From Escherichia coli (GTDB taxonomy: Bacteria > Pseudomonadota > Gammaproteobacteria > Enterobacterales > Enterobacteriaceae): 64,000 nucleotides of DNA. The notes beneath the pieces are model-generated. The model was not told the origin of the DNA and did no database searches. It was given only the letters and a program-made list of their open reading frames with translations. The stretch lies in the NCBI RefSeq assembly GCF_003334765.1, contig NZ_QOWT01000018.1; one strand, 5' to 3'. The position numbers and the translations under genes are program-made. Shown piece after piece: positions 42,835 to 53,621 of the stretch (within the stretch, counting starts at the first letter, position 1; each line of letters opens with the position of its first letter).

Positions 42835-44160
42835 TTATTTGACTAATGAAAATAGATCATTGAGTGATTCGCTCATCGACGGATGAGTAAATATCTGATC
42901 GCGTAATATGCTATAAGGCAGCCCGGCATCCATCACCATTTTCACTATATTGATCATCTCGTGGGAGTCAACACACAGCAGTGATGCCCCTAACATACGT
43001 TGGGTTTTATTATCAACAATCGCTTTTAATACCCCACGAGTATCATTCATCACTCTGGCACGCGGAATTGCAGCTACAGGCAATGTCACCACCTGAATAT
43101 CAGCACCACTCTCTCTGGCTTGTTCTTCTGTCATACCAACCCTGGACAGGGGCGGTGTCATAAATACGGAATAAGGCACATTTTTCCGATCATCAGTACT
43201 ACGTTTGCCTTCACCCAGTAACTCATCACGTACAATGCGGTAATCATCCAGTGATATGTAAGTAAATTGCAGCCCGCCGGTAACATCTCCCATCGCCCAA
43301 ATATTGTCTGCGGTGGTATGTAATCGCTTGTCAACGACAATTGCCCCGCGCTCGTTTACTGCGATACCGGCATTTTCTGGATGTAACGAAGCGGTAGCCG
43401 GTTGACGACCGGAAGCTATTAACAGTGCATCCACCGCCAGTTGGGCGTGCTCGCTATGCACTTGCACTTGATTTTCATGGTGACTGATTCGCTCCACATG
43501 GGCATTGAGGATAATATCGACGCCCTGATCGCGTAAAATCGTCGCGATATTATCAGCAATATCCCGATCTTCCCGAGGCAAAAACAGCGAAGCTGCTTCT
43601 AAAATGGTTACCTTGCTGCCAAAATTAGCGAACATAGAGGCGAACTCAACGCCAATATATCCGCCGCCCAAAATACCTAAATGCCCAGGCAATTCTTTTA
43701 GATTAAGTAATCCGGTGCTGTCATATACTCCTGGCGTGGTGGTAATTCCAGGAATTGGCGGAACCACGGTTTGTGCACCGGTATTAATAAAAATTTTCTC
43801 GCCATGAATTTCCAGATTTCCCTCAGGCCGATGAACACGCAGGCTATGATTATTGATAAACTCCGCCTGGCCGTCGATCACGTCGATATTGGGCATATCC
43901 GCAAGATTATGAAAATTCTTATTACGTAAAAAATTAACCACTTCATTTTTACGCTGTATGGCACGGACAAAATCTGTGTGCTGCTGTGCGTCATGAACCA
44001 ATGTTTTGGTTGGGATGCAGCCGATATTAATACAGGTCCCGCCATACATTGCATTTGATTGTTCGATGAGAGCCACTCGCCAACCTGCTTTTGCCAGCGT
44101 GACGGCTAATGTTTTTCCAGCCTTGCCAAAACCAATAATCACTGCCTGATATTTATTCAT
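42835..44160 (-). CDS. rclA: pyridine nucleotide-disulfide oxidoreductase RclA
   Basis: Within ORF 42835..44187, the start at 44160 gives MNKYQAVIIGFGKAGKTLAVTLAKAGWRVALIEQSNAMYGGTCINIGCIPTK... (441 aa) with an FAD-binding GxGxxG and a redox CxxxxC. Confidence 0.93.
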   Translation of the reverse strand: MNKYQAVIIGFGKAGKTLAVTLAKAGWRVALIEQSNAMYGGTCINIGCIPTKTLVHDAQQHTDFVRAIQRKNEVVNFLRNKNFHNLADMPNIDVIDGQAEFINNHSLRVHRPEGNLEIHGEKIFINTGAQTVVPPIPGITTTPGVYDSTGLLNLKELPGHLGILGGGYIGVEFASMFANFGSKVTILEAASLFLPREDRDIADNIATILRDQGVDIILNAHVERISHHENQVQVHSEHAQLAVDALLIASGRQPATASLHPENAGIAVNERGAIVVDKRLHTTADNIWAMGDVTGGLQFTYISLDDYRIVRDELLGEGKRSTDDRKNVPYSVFMTPPLSRVGMTEEQARESGADIQVVTLPVAAIPRARVMNDTRGVLKAIVDNKTQRMLGASLLCVDSHEMINIVKMVMDAGLPYSILRDQIFTHPSMSESLNDLFSLVK

Positions 44161-44385
44161 GATGATTTCCTGTCGAAACGCGTTCATTTGACATCATGAC
44201 TATAGACGCAAAAGAGCAAATAACATTTCTTCACAACGCTTGATATTTTGTCTTATCGTCTGATATTTTCTTTTTCTTAATCAGAATCACAAAACAAAAA
44301 TCATGATTAACTATTTGATGGTATTAGATTAGTTATTTACTAAGATTGTTGGTGTTTGTAATCAAAAACCACTCAGGAGTCTGAT

Positions 44386-45240
44386 ATGGATGCCCTTAGC
44401 CGTTTGTTGATGCTTAACGCTCCACAAGGAACGATCGATAAGAATTGCGTGTTAGGAAGTGACTGGCAGCTTCCACATGGTGCCGGGGAATTATCGGTTA
44501 TTCGTTGGCATGCGTTAACGCAAGGAGCGGCGAAGCTGGAAATGCCGACGGGGGAGATTTTTACATTACGCCCGGGAAATGTGGTCCTGCTACCACAAAA
44601 TTCAGCTCATCGCCTGAGTCATGTCGATAATGAATCGACCTGTATTGTCTGCGGCACTCTTCGGTTGCAACATTCGGCGCGTTATTTTTTAACGTCTTTG
44701 CCGGAAACGCTGTTTTTAGCACCGGTTAACCACAGCGTGGAATATAACTGGCTGAGGGAGGCGATCCCGTTTTTACAACAGGAATCCAGATCGGCAATGC
44801 CGGGAGTGGATGCACTGTGTAGCCAGATCTGCGCTACATTCTTTACCCTCGCGGTGCGTGAGTGGATTGCACAGGTTAATACTGAGAAAAACATTCTCAG
44901 TTTGCTTCTGCATCCACGTCTTGGTGCGGTAATACAGCAAATGCTGGAAATGCCAGGACACGCCTGGACCGTCGAATCGCTGGCCAGCATCGCTCACATG
45001 TCCCGGGCAAGTTTTGCCCAGCTTTTCCGTGATGTTTCCGGAACCACGCCGCTGGCTGTATTAACAAAGTTGCGTCTACAAATAGCGGCCCAGATGTTTT
45101 CCCGGGAAACGCTCCCTGTTGTGGTGATCGCTGAGTCAGTAGGCTATGCCAGTGAATCATCTTTTCACAAGGCGTTTGTCCGCGAGTTTGGTTGTACCCC
45201 GGGAGAATATCGGGAAAGGGTCAGACAGCTTGCACCCTGA
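44386..45240 (+). CDS. rclR: AraC-family reactive-chlorine-sensing activator RclR
   Basis: 284-aa ORF MDALSRLLMLNAPQGTIDKNCVLGSDWQLPHG... with a cupin-like N-terminus and a C-terminal AraC HTH. It is divergent from rclA. Confidence 0.92.
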   Translation: MDALSRLLMLNAPQGTIDKNCVLGSDWQLPHGAGELSVIRWHALTQGAAKLEMPTGEIFTLRPGNVVLLPQNSAHRLSHVDNESTCIVCGTLRLQHSARYFLTSLPETLFLAPVNHSVEYNWLREAIPFLQQESRSAMPGVDALCSQICATFFTLAVREWIAQVNTEKNILSLLLHPRLGAVIQQMLEMPGHAWTVESLASIAHMSRASFAQLFRDVSGTTPLAVLTKLRLQIAAQMFSRETLPVVVIAESVGYASESSFHKAFVREFGCTPGEYRERVRQLAP

Positions 45241-45766
45241 ATAAAACCGCCAGAAATCAGGGCAAAGATAATCCGCATTCCGGGAGTTGTGAGCCTTTCA
45301 ACTATTTCTATTTCCAACGGTGGTTTGGGCTTTATATATTTTTTCTGATGGACTCTAGCTCAGTTTTTAAATAAAAATGCAAACTAAATTGCTTCAATTA
45401 AATAAAATCCCGACTATTACTTGATACGTGATTATTGTCGGTGATTTTTTTGTACACCATCAGTGTATATCTCAATAACCCCTGAATAAGTAGCTCTGAA
45501 TAGGTATAAGGGATGTAGCCATTTTTAAATGGATTTCTTATGCCAAAAATGATCGTCGATTTCCCCATAAAATGTGAGCGATGCCGAAAGAAATAAAATT
45601 AGTTATTGCATTTGACGTTTGGATGAAAGATTATCATTTGTCATACAAATGAGGGGTGGTATGTTGCTAGCCAATTAAAAAAGAACGCCATATTTATTGA
45701 TGATTGATCCCCCGGTGGGGGGGAAACATCGGGCATAAATGGGCATGAAGTAATGGAGTATTAGTT

Positions 45767-46486
45767 GTGAATGTCAATTTCTTTGTCACCTGTATTGGTG
45801 ACGCCCTGAAATCAAGAATGGCACGAGACTCCGTGCTGCTACTGGAAAAACTCGGCTGTCGCGTAAATTTCCCGGAGAAACAGGGATGCTGCGGTCAGCC
45901 TGCGATCAATAGCGGTTATATCAAAGAAGCGATTCCAGGGATGAAAAATCTGATCGCCGCACTGGAGGATAACGACGATCCCATTATTTCACCGGCTGGC
46001 TCTTGCACCTATGCCGTAAAAAGTTACCCGACGTATCTGGCGGATGAACCTGAATGGGCATCACGTGCCGCAAAGGTTGCCGCGCGTATGCAGGATCTCA
46101 CCTCTTTTATTGTTAATAAATTAGGGGTAGTCGATGTAGGTGCCAGTTTGCAAGGGAGAGCGGTGTATCACCCATCTTGTAGCCTGGCCCGTAAGCTGGG
46201 AGTGAAGGACGAGCCACTTACGCTGCTGAAAAATGTGCGTGGACTGGAGCTGTTGACCTTTGCTGAACAGGATACCTGCTGCGGATTTGGCGGCACGTTC
46301 TCGGTCAAAATGGCCGAAATATCCGGCGAGATGGTGAAAGAAAAGGTTGCGCACCTGATGGAAGTCCGCCCTGAGTATTTAATTGGTGCTGACGTGAGTT
46401 GCCTGCTAAACATCAGTGGGCGATTACAACGGGAAGGGCAGAAAGTCAAAGTGATGCATATTGCTGAAGTGTTGATGAGCCGCTGA
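45767..46486 (+). CDS. ykgE: LutA-like Cys-rich (CCG-domain) lactate-utilisation subunit
   Basis: 239-aa ORF with a GTG start, MNVNFFVTCIGDALKSRMARDS...CCGQP...CCGFGGTF. Confidence 0.92.
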   Translation: MNVNFFVTCIGDALKSRMARDSVLLLEKLGCRVNFPEKQGCCGQPAINSGYIKEAIPGMKNLIAALEDNDDPIISPAGSCTYAVKSYPTYLADEPEWASRAAKVAARMQDLTSFIVNKLGVVDVGASLQGRAVYHPSCSLARKLGVKDEPLTLLKNVRGLELLTFAEQDTCCGFGGTFSVKMAEISGEMVKEKVAHLMEVRPEYLIGADVSCLLNISGRLQREGQKVKVMHIAEVLMSR

Positions 46487-46496
46487 GGATATAAAG

Positions 46497-47924
46497 ATGT
46501 CGATCAAAACCAGTAATACAGATTTTAAGACACGCATCCGTCAGCAAATTGAAGATCCGATCATGCGCAAAGCGGTGGCAAACGCGCAGCAGCGTATTGG
46601 GGCAAATCGGCAAAAAATGGTCGATGAATTGGGGCACTGGGAGGAGTGGCGCGATCGGGCCGCCCAGATACGTGATCATGTTCTGAGTAATCTCGACGCT
46701 TATCTGTACCAGCTCTCAGAAAAAGTGACGCAAAACGGCGGTCACGTCTATTTTGCAAGAACCAAAGAAGACGCTACCCGCTACATTTTACAGGTTGCCC
46801 AACGCAAAAATGCCCGGAAGGTGGTGAAATCTAAATCGATGGTGACCGAAGAGATTGGTGTCAATCATGTGTTGCAGGATGCTGGCATTCAGGTGATTGA
46901 AACCGATCTGGGTGAATATATTCTCCAGCTGGATCAAGATCCGCCATCTCATGTTGTGGTCCCGGCAATTCATAAAGATCGCCATCAGATCCGTCGAGTG
47001 CTACACGAACGTCTGGGCTATGAGGGGCCGGAAACGCCTGAAGCGATGACCTTATTCATCCGGCAAAAAATCCGCGAAGATTTCCTCAGTGCTGAAATAG
47101 GTATTACCGGCTGTAATTTCGCGGTGGCAGAGACCGGTTCGGTATGCCTGGTGACCAATGAAGGTAATGCGCGAATGTGTACCACGCTGCCTAAAACGCA
47201 TATTGCAGTGATGGGAATGGAGCGTATTGCCCCCACGTTTGCCGAGGTAGATGTATTGATCACCATGCTGGCGCGCAGTGCCGTTGGTGCACGTTTGACG
47301 GGATACAACACCTGGCTGACAGGACCGCGCGAAGCTGGGCACGTTGATGGTCCTGAAGAGTTTCATCTGGTTATTGTCGATAACGGGCGTTCTGAGGTGC
47401 TGGCCTCTGAATTTCGGGATGTGCTGCGCTGTATTCGCTGCGGGGCTTGTATGAATACTTGTCCGGCATATCGCCATATTGGCGGTCATGGATATGGCTC
47501 TATTTATCCAGGGCCAATTGGTGCGGTGATTTCTCCGCTACTTGGCGGCTATAAAGATTTTAAAGATTTACCCTACGCCTGCTCTTTATGCACAGCTTGT
47601 GACAACGTGTGTCCGGTGCGTATTCCGCTGTCAAAACTGATTTTGCGTCATCGTCGGGTGATGGCTGAAAAAGGGATCACCGCAAAAGCAGAGCAACGGG
47701 CGATAAAAATGTTCGCTTATGCCAATAGTCATCCAGGATTGTGGAAAGTCGGGATGATGGCCGGTGCTCATGCGGCAAGCTGGTTTATCAATGGCGGCAA
47801 AACACCACTCAAATTTGGCGCGATTAGCGACTGGATGGAAGCACGCGATCTTCCTGAAGCTGACGGAGAGAGTTTCCGTAGTTGGTTTAAGAAACATCAG
47901 GCGCAGGAGAAAAAGAATGGATAA
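46497..47924 (+). CDS. ykgF: LutB-like iron-sulfur lactate-utilisation subunit
   Basis: 475-aa ORF with ferredoxin-type clusters CIRCGACMNTCP and CSLCTACDNVCP. Confidence 0.92.
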   Translation: MSIKTSNTDFKTRIRQQIEDPIMRKAVANAQQRIGANRQKMVDELGHWEEWRDRAAQIRDHVLSNLDAYLYQLSEKVTQNGGHVYFARTKEDATRYILQVAQRKNARKVVKSKSMVTEEIGVNHVLQDAGIQVIETDLGEYILQLDQDPPSHVVVPAIHKDRHQIRRVLHERLGYEGPETPEAMTLFIRQKIREDFLSAEIGITGCNFAVAETGSVCLVTNEGNARMCTTLPKTHIAVMGMERIAPTFAEVDVLITMLARSAVGARLTGYNTWLTGPREAGHVDGPEEFHLVIVDNGRSEVLASEFRDVLRCIRCGACMNTCPAYRHIGGHGYGSIYPGPIGAVISPLLGGYKDFKDLPYACSLCTACDNVCPVRIPLSKLILRHRRVMAEKGITAKAEQRAIKMFAYANSHPGLWKVGMMAGAHAASWFINGGKTPLKFGAISDWMEARDLPEADGESFRSWFKKHQAQEKKNG

Positions 47925-48612
47925 TCGAGGCGAATTTTTGAATAACGTTGCTCAGGCACTGGGTCGCCCGCTGCGACTTGAACCGCAAGCAGAAGATGCG
48001 CCGCTTAACAACTATGCTAACGAGCGGCTTACCCAACTTAACCAACAGCAGCGCTGTGACGCGTTTATTCAGTTTGCCAGCGATGTTATGTTGACGCGCT
48101 GTGAGCTGACCAGCGAGGCGAAGGCGGCAGAAGCTGCAATACGTCTGTGTAAAGAGCTGGGAGATCAGTCGGTCGTGATTAGCGGTGACACGAGGCTGGA
48201 GGAATTGGGGATTAGCGAACGTTTGCAGCAGGAATGCAATGCCGTTGTTTGGGATCCGGCGAAAGGTGCCGAGAATATCTCGCAGGCAGAGCAGGCTAAA
48301 GTGGGTGTTGTGTATGCTGAATATGGTTTAACCGAATCGGGAGGCGTGGTTCTTTTTTCCGCCGCCGAGCGCGGGCGTTCATTGAGCCTGCTCCCGGAAT
48401 ATTCTCTTTTTATCCTGCGTAAAAGCACTATCCTGCCGCGTGTAGCGCAACTCGCAGAAAAATTGCATCAGAAAGCGCAGGCCGGTGAACGAATGCCTTC
48501 CTGCATTAACATCATTAGCGGCCCCAGTTCAACGGCGGATATTGAGCTTATCAAAGTCGTCGGAGTTCATGGCCCGGTGAAAGCGGTGTATCTGATTATT
48601 GAGGATTGTTGA
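47917..48612 (+). CDS. ykgG: LutC-like lactate-utilisation subunit
   Basis: Within ORF 47764..48612, the ATG at 47917 overlaps the ykgF stop (ATGGATAA) and gives MDNRGEFLNNVAQALGRPLRLEP... (231 aa). Confidence 0.9.
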   Translation: MDNRGEFLNNVAQALGRPLRLEPQAEDAPLNNYANERLTQLNQQQRCDAFIQFASDVMLTRCELTSEAKAAEAAIRLCKELGDQSVVISGDTRLEELGISERLQQECNAVVWDPAKGAENISQAEQAKVGVVYAEYGLTESGGVVLFSAAERGRSLSLLPEYSLFILRKSTILPRVAQLAEKLHQKAQAGERMPSCINIISGPSSTADIELIKVVGVHGPVKAVYLIIEDC

Positions 48613-48854
48613 GAGAGATATGAAGTCTGGACATAAACCTGAAGAAGGCATACGAGGTTGAAAATAGCGTTTAGGACAACCTGACTTAACCCCGTTCCGT
48701 CATGGTTATGCTGCTCTTCTGTAAATATCCTGGTATTACCAATGCCAGGATATTTACAGTGAAAAAGACAGGCATCCATTCCTGAAAACGGGTTCCCTTC
48801 CCGGTCATTGTCACTTCAGCTTTATACAGGCACTCTCTATCAGAATGTTGTTTA

Positions 48855-49523
48855 TTACTGCCCAGAGTTTTGTTGGTATTCATCTACCATTTTTTTGACA
48901 AGGCAAAACATTACAGAAATTACAATGCTTAGAAAAAATCCCAGAGCCAGGCAAATGGCAGCAGGGTATTTATTTTTTATTTCTGGTGAGCTTATAGTTA
49001 CACAGCCATCACCGTTCGGATACAATGACCAGTTCCTGGTCAGGTATATCATTTTTGTATAAAGCTCACTGTTAATTGCTGAAGGCGTTTGTATCTCATC
49101 GAGAACTTGCCTGCCATTATGATATTCTGACGCATACCATTTGATAATAGAGGCCTGCACGCGAGATATTTCCTCTTCAGCAGTTGGTAAAGCTCTCTTA
49201 TCTCCTGACCATTCCAGCCTTATTTCTCTGTTCTTGACATCTGGGCTGGTGTGAAAAAATGTAGTAATTCGCTGAATAACATCTTCAGTCATTGTAGTCT
49301 GACAGGCAAAATTATTATTGCTATCACAGCTAACAAGTATACCTGGCGTTGTCTGGTTTATTTTTAGGCTGTAAATCACTTTTATATTGTCTTTATTGAT
49401 ATACAGAAACAACAGCACCATAGCCATACATATAGCCATAATAAAAAGGATAACACGAATCTTTTTCTTCAGATAAAATAAAATCTCAATCAGATCGATA
49501 TCCTGTTTGATTTGTTCACGCAT
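48855..49523 (-). CDS. ykgH: bitopic inner-membrane protein with a Wzz/PCP-like N-terminus and two terminal TM helices
   Basis: 222-aa ORF MREQIKQDIDLIEILFYLKKKIRVILFIMAICMAMVLLFLY...YPAAICLALGFFLSIVISVMFCLVKKM. Confidence 0.85.
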   Translation of the reverse strand: MREQIKQDIDLIEILFYLKKKIRVILFIMAICMAMVLLFLYINKDNIKVIYSLKINQTTPGILVSCDSNNNFACQTTMTEDVIQRITTFFHTSPDVKNREIRLEWSGDKRALPTAEEEISRVQASIIKWYASEYHNGRQVLDEIQTPSAINSELYTKMIYLTRNWSLYPNGDGCVTISSPEIKNKYPAAICLALGFFLSIVISVMFCLVKKMVDEYQQNSGQ

Positions 49524-49735
49524 AATATATCCAGAGAATAAAATCTGTCGCAGATAAGGTTGTATTAATAGTCTGTATCAGGAATGTTCGGGTTAAATAT
49601 CAGCAAAAAGCCCGCATCATGAATACTGGATATGAAGCATGAGAGTTACCTCAGTGTTTATATAAGGATTCGGTCCCCCTCTCTGGAACGGTAACTCTCA
49701 ATCTGATCGGTTCCTGCGTTAGTTCACATCACGAC

Positions 49736-51406
49736 TCATTTTTTCGCTCTCACCGGCATCCCATTTGCCACAAAATATCCCGCCGTGCTCCTCGGCAGCG
49801 CTTCCTGTCCACGAATCATATCCGCTATTTTCTCGCCAATCATAATTGTCGTGGCGTTCAAATTCCCGGTGATAATCTGCGGCATAATCGACGCATCCAC
49901 CACACGCAGGCCTTCTAACCCGTGTACGCGGCCTTCGCCGTCAACCACGGACATCTCGTCGTAACCCATTTTGCAGGTACCGCACGGATGGAAGGCGGTT
50001 TCGGCGTGGTTACGCACGAACTCATCGAGCTGTTCATCCGTCTGGCATTCGACACCGGGGCTGATTTCGCGGCCACGATACTGATCCAGCGCGGGTTGAT
50101 GCATGATCTCGCGGGTGATGCGAATTGCGTCGCGGAACTCCTGCCAGTCCTGCTCGTGCGACATGTAGTTAAACAGAATCGCCGGATGCTGGTGCGGGTC
50201 GCGGGATTTAATCCGCACATGCCCACGGCTTGGCGAGCGCATTGAGCCGACGTGGCACTGGAAACCGTGCTCTTTCACTGCATTCGAGCCGTTATAGTTA
50301 ATCGCTACTGGCAGGAAATGGTACTGAATATTCGGCCACGCAAATTCCTCACGGCTGCGAATAAATCCACCTGCTTCAAAGTGGTTGCTGGCACCAACGC
50401 CAGTGCCGCCAAACAGCCACTCCGCACCGATTTTCGGCTGGTTCCACCACTGCAGGGCAGGGTAGAGGGAAACCGGTTCTTTGCACTCATATTGCAGATA
50501 CATCTCCAGATGATCCTGAAGATTTTCGCCGACGCCGGGTAATTCATGCACCAGCGGAATATCAAACTCCGCCAGCAGTTCAGCGTTGCCGACGCCGGAG
50601 CGTTGCAGGATCTGCGGTGAGGCAATCGCGCCTGCACATAACAGCACTTCTTTGTTGGCCGTTGCGCGGGTTGGGATGGTGCTGTCGCCTTCCAGCCATT
50701 CGACGCCCACCGCGCGTTTGCCGTCAAAAATGATGTGATCGGTCATAGCGTGAGTACGAATGGTCAGGTTAGGACGCGATTTGGCCTGATCGAGATAGCC
50801 ACGCGCGGTGCTGGCGCGACGGCCCTGCGGCGTGACGGTGCGATCCATCGGACCAAAACCTTCCTGCTGATAACCGTTGAGATCGTCCGTGCGCGGGTAG
50901 CCCGCCTGCACGCCCGCTTCAATCATCGCTTCAAACAGCGGATTGACGCCGGGTTTGGAGGTAGTGACGCTCACCGGGCCATCACCGCCGTGATAGTCGT
51001 TTTCACCCATATCGCGAGTCTCGGCCTTGCGGTAGTAGGGCAGGCAGTCGAGGTAGCTCCAGTTCTCCAGACCGGGTTCTTGCGCCCAGTTATCGAGATC
51101 CAGCGCATTGCCACGGATGTAGCACATGCCGTTGATCAGCGACGATCCACCCAGACCTTTACCGCGTCCGCACTCCATGCGGCGGTTATTCATAAACGGT
51201 TCAGGTTCCGTTTCATAGGCCCAGTTGTAGCGTTTACCCTGTAGCGGGAATGCCAGGGCAGCGGGCATCTGGGTGCGGAAGTCAAAGCGATAGTCCGGGC
51301 CGCCCGCTTCAAGCAGCAGCACGGAGGTATTCGGATCTTCAGTCAGACGGGTAGCGAGAACGTTGCCGGCTGAGCCGGCACCAATAATGATGTAGTCAAA
51401 TTGCAA
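49736..51406 (-). CDS. betA: choline dehydrogenase (GMC flavoprotein)
   Basis: Within ORF 49736..51451, the likely TTG start at 51406 lies after aggagg and gives (M)[25 protein letters not shown]... (556 aa). Confidence 0.94.
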   Translation of the reverse strand: MQFDYIIIGAGSAGNVLATRLTEDPNTSVLLLEAGGPDYRFDFRTQMPAALAFPLQGKRYNWAYETEPEPFMNNRRMECGRGKGLGGSSLINGMCYIRGNALDLDNWAQEPGLENWSYLDCLPYYRKAETRDMGENDYHGGDGPVSVTTSKPGVNPLFEAMIEAGVQAGYPRTDDLNGYQQEGFGPMDRTVTPQGRRASTARGYLDQAKSRPNLTIRTHAMTDHIIFDGKRAVGVEWLEGDSTIPTRATANKEVLLCAGAIASPQILQRSGVGNAELLAEFDIPLVHELPGVGENLQDHLEMYLQYECKEPVSLYPALQWWNQPKIGAEWLFGGTGVGASNHFEAGGFIRSREEFAWPNIQYHFLPVAINYNGSNAVKEHGFQCHVGSMRSPSRGHVRIKSRDPHQHPAILFNYMSHEQDWQEFRDAIRITREIMHQPALDQYRGREISPGVECQTDEQLDEFVRNHAETAFHPCGTCKMGYDEMSVVDGEGRVHGLEGLRVVDASIMPQIITGNLNATTIMIGEKIADMIRGQEALPRSTAGYFVANGMPVRAKK

Positions 51407-51419
51407 ATAAACCTCCTGG

Positions 51420-52892
51420 TTAGAATATGGACTGGAATTTAGCCATCTCAACCTGGATGGACTTCACCTGGGTGTAACTCTGGAGCGTCATCACGCCGTT
51501 CTCGCGACCAATGCCGGAGTGTTTGTAGCCGCCAACGGGCATCTCTGCCGGGGATTCGCCCCAGGTGTTGATCCAGCAAATACCCGCTTCCAGCTGATGA
51601 ATGACGCGATGCGCGCGGTTCAGGTCCGCTGTCACGATGCCCGCCGCCAGGCCGTAGTCGGTATCGTTAGCGCGGCGAATGACTTCGTCTTCCGACTCGT
51701 AGGTCAGAATGGACATCACTGGCCCGAAGATCTCTTCACGCACGATGGTCATATCGTCGCTGCAATCGGTGAACACTGTCGGTGCAACCCATGCGCCGTT
51801 ATCGAAGCCATCGCCTTTCAGTACATCGCCGCCGCACAGTACGCGCGCGCCTTCCTCTTTGCCTTTGGCGATATAGCGCAGCACGTTATCGCGATGCGGG
51901 AAGCTGACCAGCGGGCCGAAGTTAGTTTGCGGATCGAAAACGTCGCCCGCGCGAATGCGCTCAACGCGCGCCAGAATTTTCTGCTCAAATGCGGCTTTGC
52001 ATTTCGCCGGAACGAAGACGCGGGTGCCATTGGTACACACCTGACCGGAGCTGAAGAAGTTTGCCATCATGGCGATATCGGCGGCGAGATCGAGATCCGC
52101 ATCATCGAAAACGATCAGCGGTGATTTACCGCCCAGTTCCATGGTCACTTCTTTCAGGGAAGAGGCCGCCGAGTTAGCCATCACTTTTTTGCCGCTGGCG
52201 ACACCGCCGGTAAATGACACTTTGGCAATGCCCGGATGCTCGGTCAGATATTGCCCGGTCTCCGCGCCCACGCCCGGCAACACGTTAAATACGCCGTCCG
52301 GCAGGCCCGCTTCGCTGTAAATTTCAGCCAGCTTTAACGCGGTAAGCGGGGTAACTTCGCTCGGTTTGAAAATCATTGCGTTGCCTGCCGCCAGCGCCGG
52401 GGCGGATTTCCACAGGGCAATCTGGATCGGGTAGTTCCATGCGCCAATCCCTGCCACTACGCCCAGCGGTTCGCGGCGGGTATACACAAAGGACGTTTCA
52501 CGCAACGGGATCTGGCTGCCTTCCAGCGCCGGGATCAGCCCGGCGTAGTACTCCAGCACGTCCGCACCGGTAACGATATCGACGGTTGAGGTTTCCGAAT
52601 ATGCTTTTCCGGTGTCGAGGGTTTCCAGTTTTGCGAGTTCGTCATTGCGTTCACGCAGAATATCAACGGCCCGACGCAGAATACGCGAGCGCTCCATGGC
52701 GGTCATCGACGCCCAGATTTTTTGCCCCTGCTGGGCGCTTTTCACGGCGCGATCGACATCCTCGCGCCCGGCGGCCTGCACGGTCGCCAGCACGTTACCG
52801 TTGGCCGGGTTAATGGTCTCGAAGGTGCGACCGCTGGTGGCGGAGGTATAACCACCATGTATATAAAGCTGCTGTTCTGCCATTCGGGACAT
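51420..52892 (-). CDS. betB: betaine aldehyde dehydrogenase
   Basis: Within ORF 51420..52895, the ATG at 52892 gives [32 protein letters not shown]... (490 aa). Confidence 0.95.
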   Translation of the reverse strand: MSRMAEQQLYIHGGYTSATSGRTFETINPANGNVLATVQAAGREDVDRAVKSAQQGQKIWASMTAMERSRILRRAVDILRERNDELAKLETLDTGKAYSETSTVDIVTGADVLEYYAGLIPALEGSQIPLRETSFVYTRREPLGVVAGIGAWNYPIQIALWKSAPALAAGNAMIFKPSEVTPLTALKLAEIYSEAGLPDGVFNVLPGVGAETGQYLTEHPGIAKVSFTGGVASGKKVMANSAASSLKEVTMELGGKSPLIVFDDADLDLAADIAMMANFFSSGQVCTNGTRVFVPAKCKAAFEQKILARVERIRAGDVFDPQTNFGPLVSFPHRDNVLRYIAKGKEEGARVLCGGDVLKGDGFDNGAWVAPTVFTDCSDDMTIVREEIFGPVMSILTYESEDEVIRRANDTDYGLAAGIVTADLNRAHRVIHQLEAGICWINTWGESPAEMPVGGYKHSGIGRENGVMTLQSYTQVKSIQVEMAKFQSIF

Positions 52893-52905
52893 CACGTCTC
52901 CTCGG

Positions 52906-53493
52906 TTAATCGGTGGGTAGATGCTGAGTGATAAAGTGGCGGGTCAGGGAATTAGCGCGGGTTTTATCCAGCGGTTTGCCGCTCAGAGCCGCGCGCAGCC
53001 ATAATCCATCAATCAGCGCGGCCAGGCCGTAGCCCGCTTCCTGTGCCTGTTCGCGCGGCAATTCGCGACGAAACTCGCTCACCAGATTCGACAGCAAGCG
53101 GCGGCTGCTGACCTGCTGTAAACGATAGAGCATCGGCTGATGCATACTGCTGGCCCAGAACGCCAGCCAGGCTTTCATCGCCGCACTGCTCACCTGCGTT
53201 TCATCGAAGTTTCCGCCAACAATCGCCTGTAATCGCTGCTCTGCACTGCCCTGCGGAAGTGCATGTAATCGATTCAAAACCGCGTCACGCAGCTGACTGG
53301 TGATATCGCGCATGGTTGCTTCCAGCAGACCATTTTTGTCCCTGAAATAGTGGCTGATGATCCCCGTAGAAACGCCTGCACGGCGGGCGATCTGCGCGAT
53401 CGTTGCATCGTGCATGCCCACTTCATTTATTGCTTCCAGTGTGGCGTCGATCAGTTGTCTGCGCCGGATCGACTGCATCCCCAATTTGGGCAT
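52906..53493 (-). CDS. betI: TetR-family choline-responsive repressor BetI
   Basis: Within ORF 52906..53511, the start at 53493 gives [50 protein letters not shown]... (195 aa). Confidence 0.94.
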
Positions 53494-53537
53494 TTTCGCC
53501 ACTCCATTCATCAGCGGTGTTTATCTATTAAAGCGGT

Positions 53538-53557
53538 TATTGATTGGACGTTCAATA
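53538..53557. promoter_or_regulatory. dyad in the betI-betT divergent promoter region; candidate BetI operator
   Basis: TATTGAttggacgtTCAATA is an inverted hexamer pair centred between the betI and betT starts. Confidence 0.45.
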
Positions 53558-53621
53558 TAAAATGTGTCTTAATTGTTACGAATTTGATTTTAAATAGTAA
53601 CAATAACAGTGGGGATACTGG

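Noticed and set aside
49915-52931. Numerous ORFs of 60-200 aa on both strands within betA and betB (for example 50735..51244 and 51519..52124).
   Set aside because: They are antisense or out-of-frame relative to betA and betB, whose identity is unambiguous.
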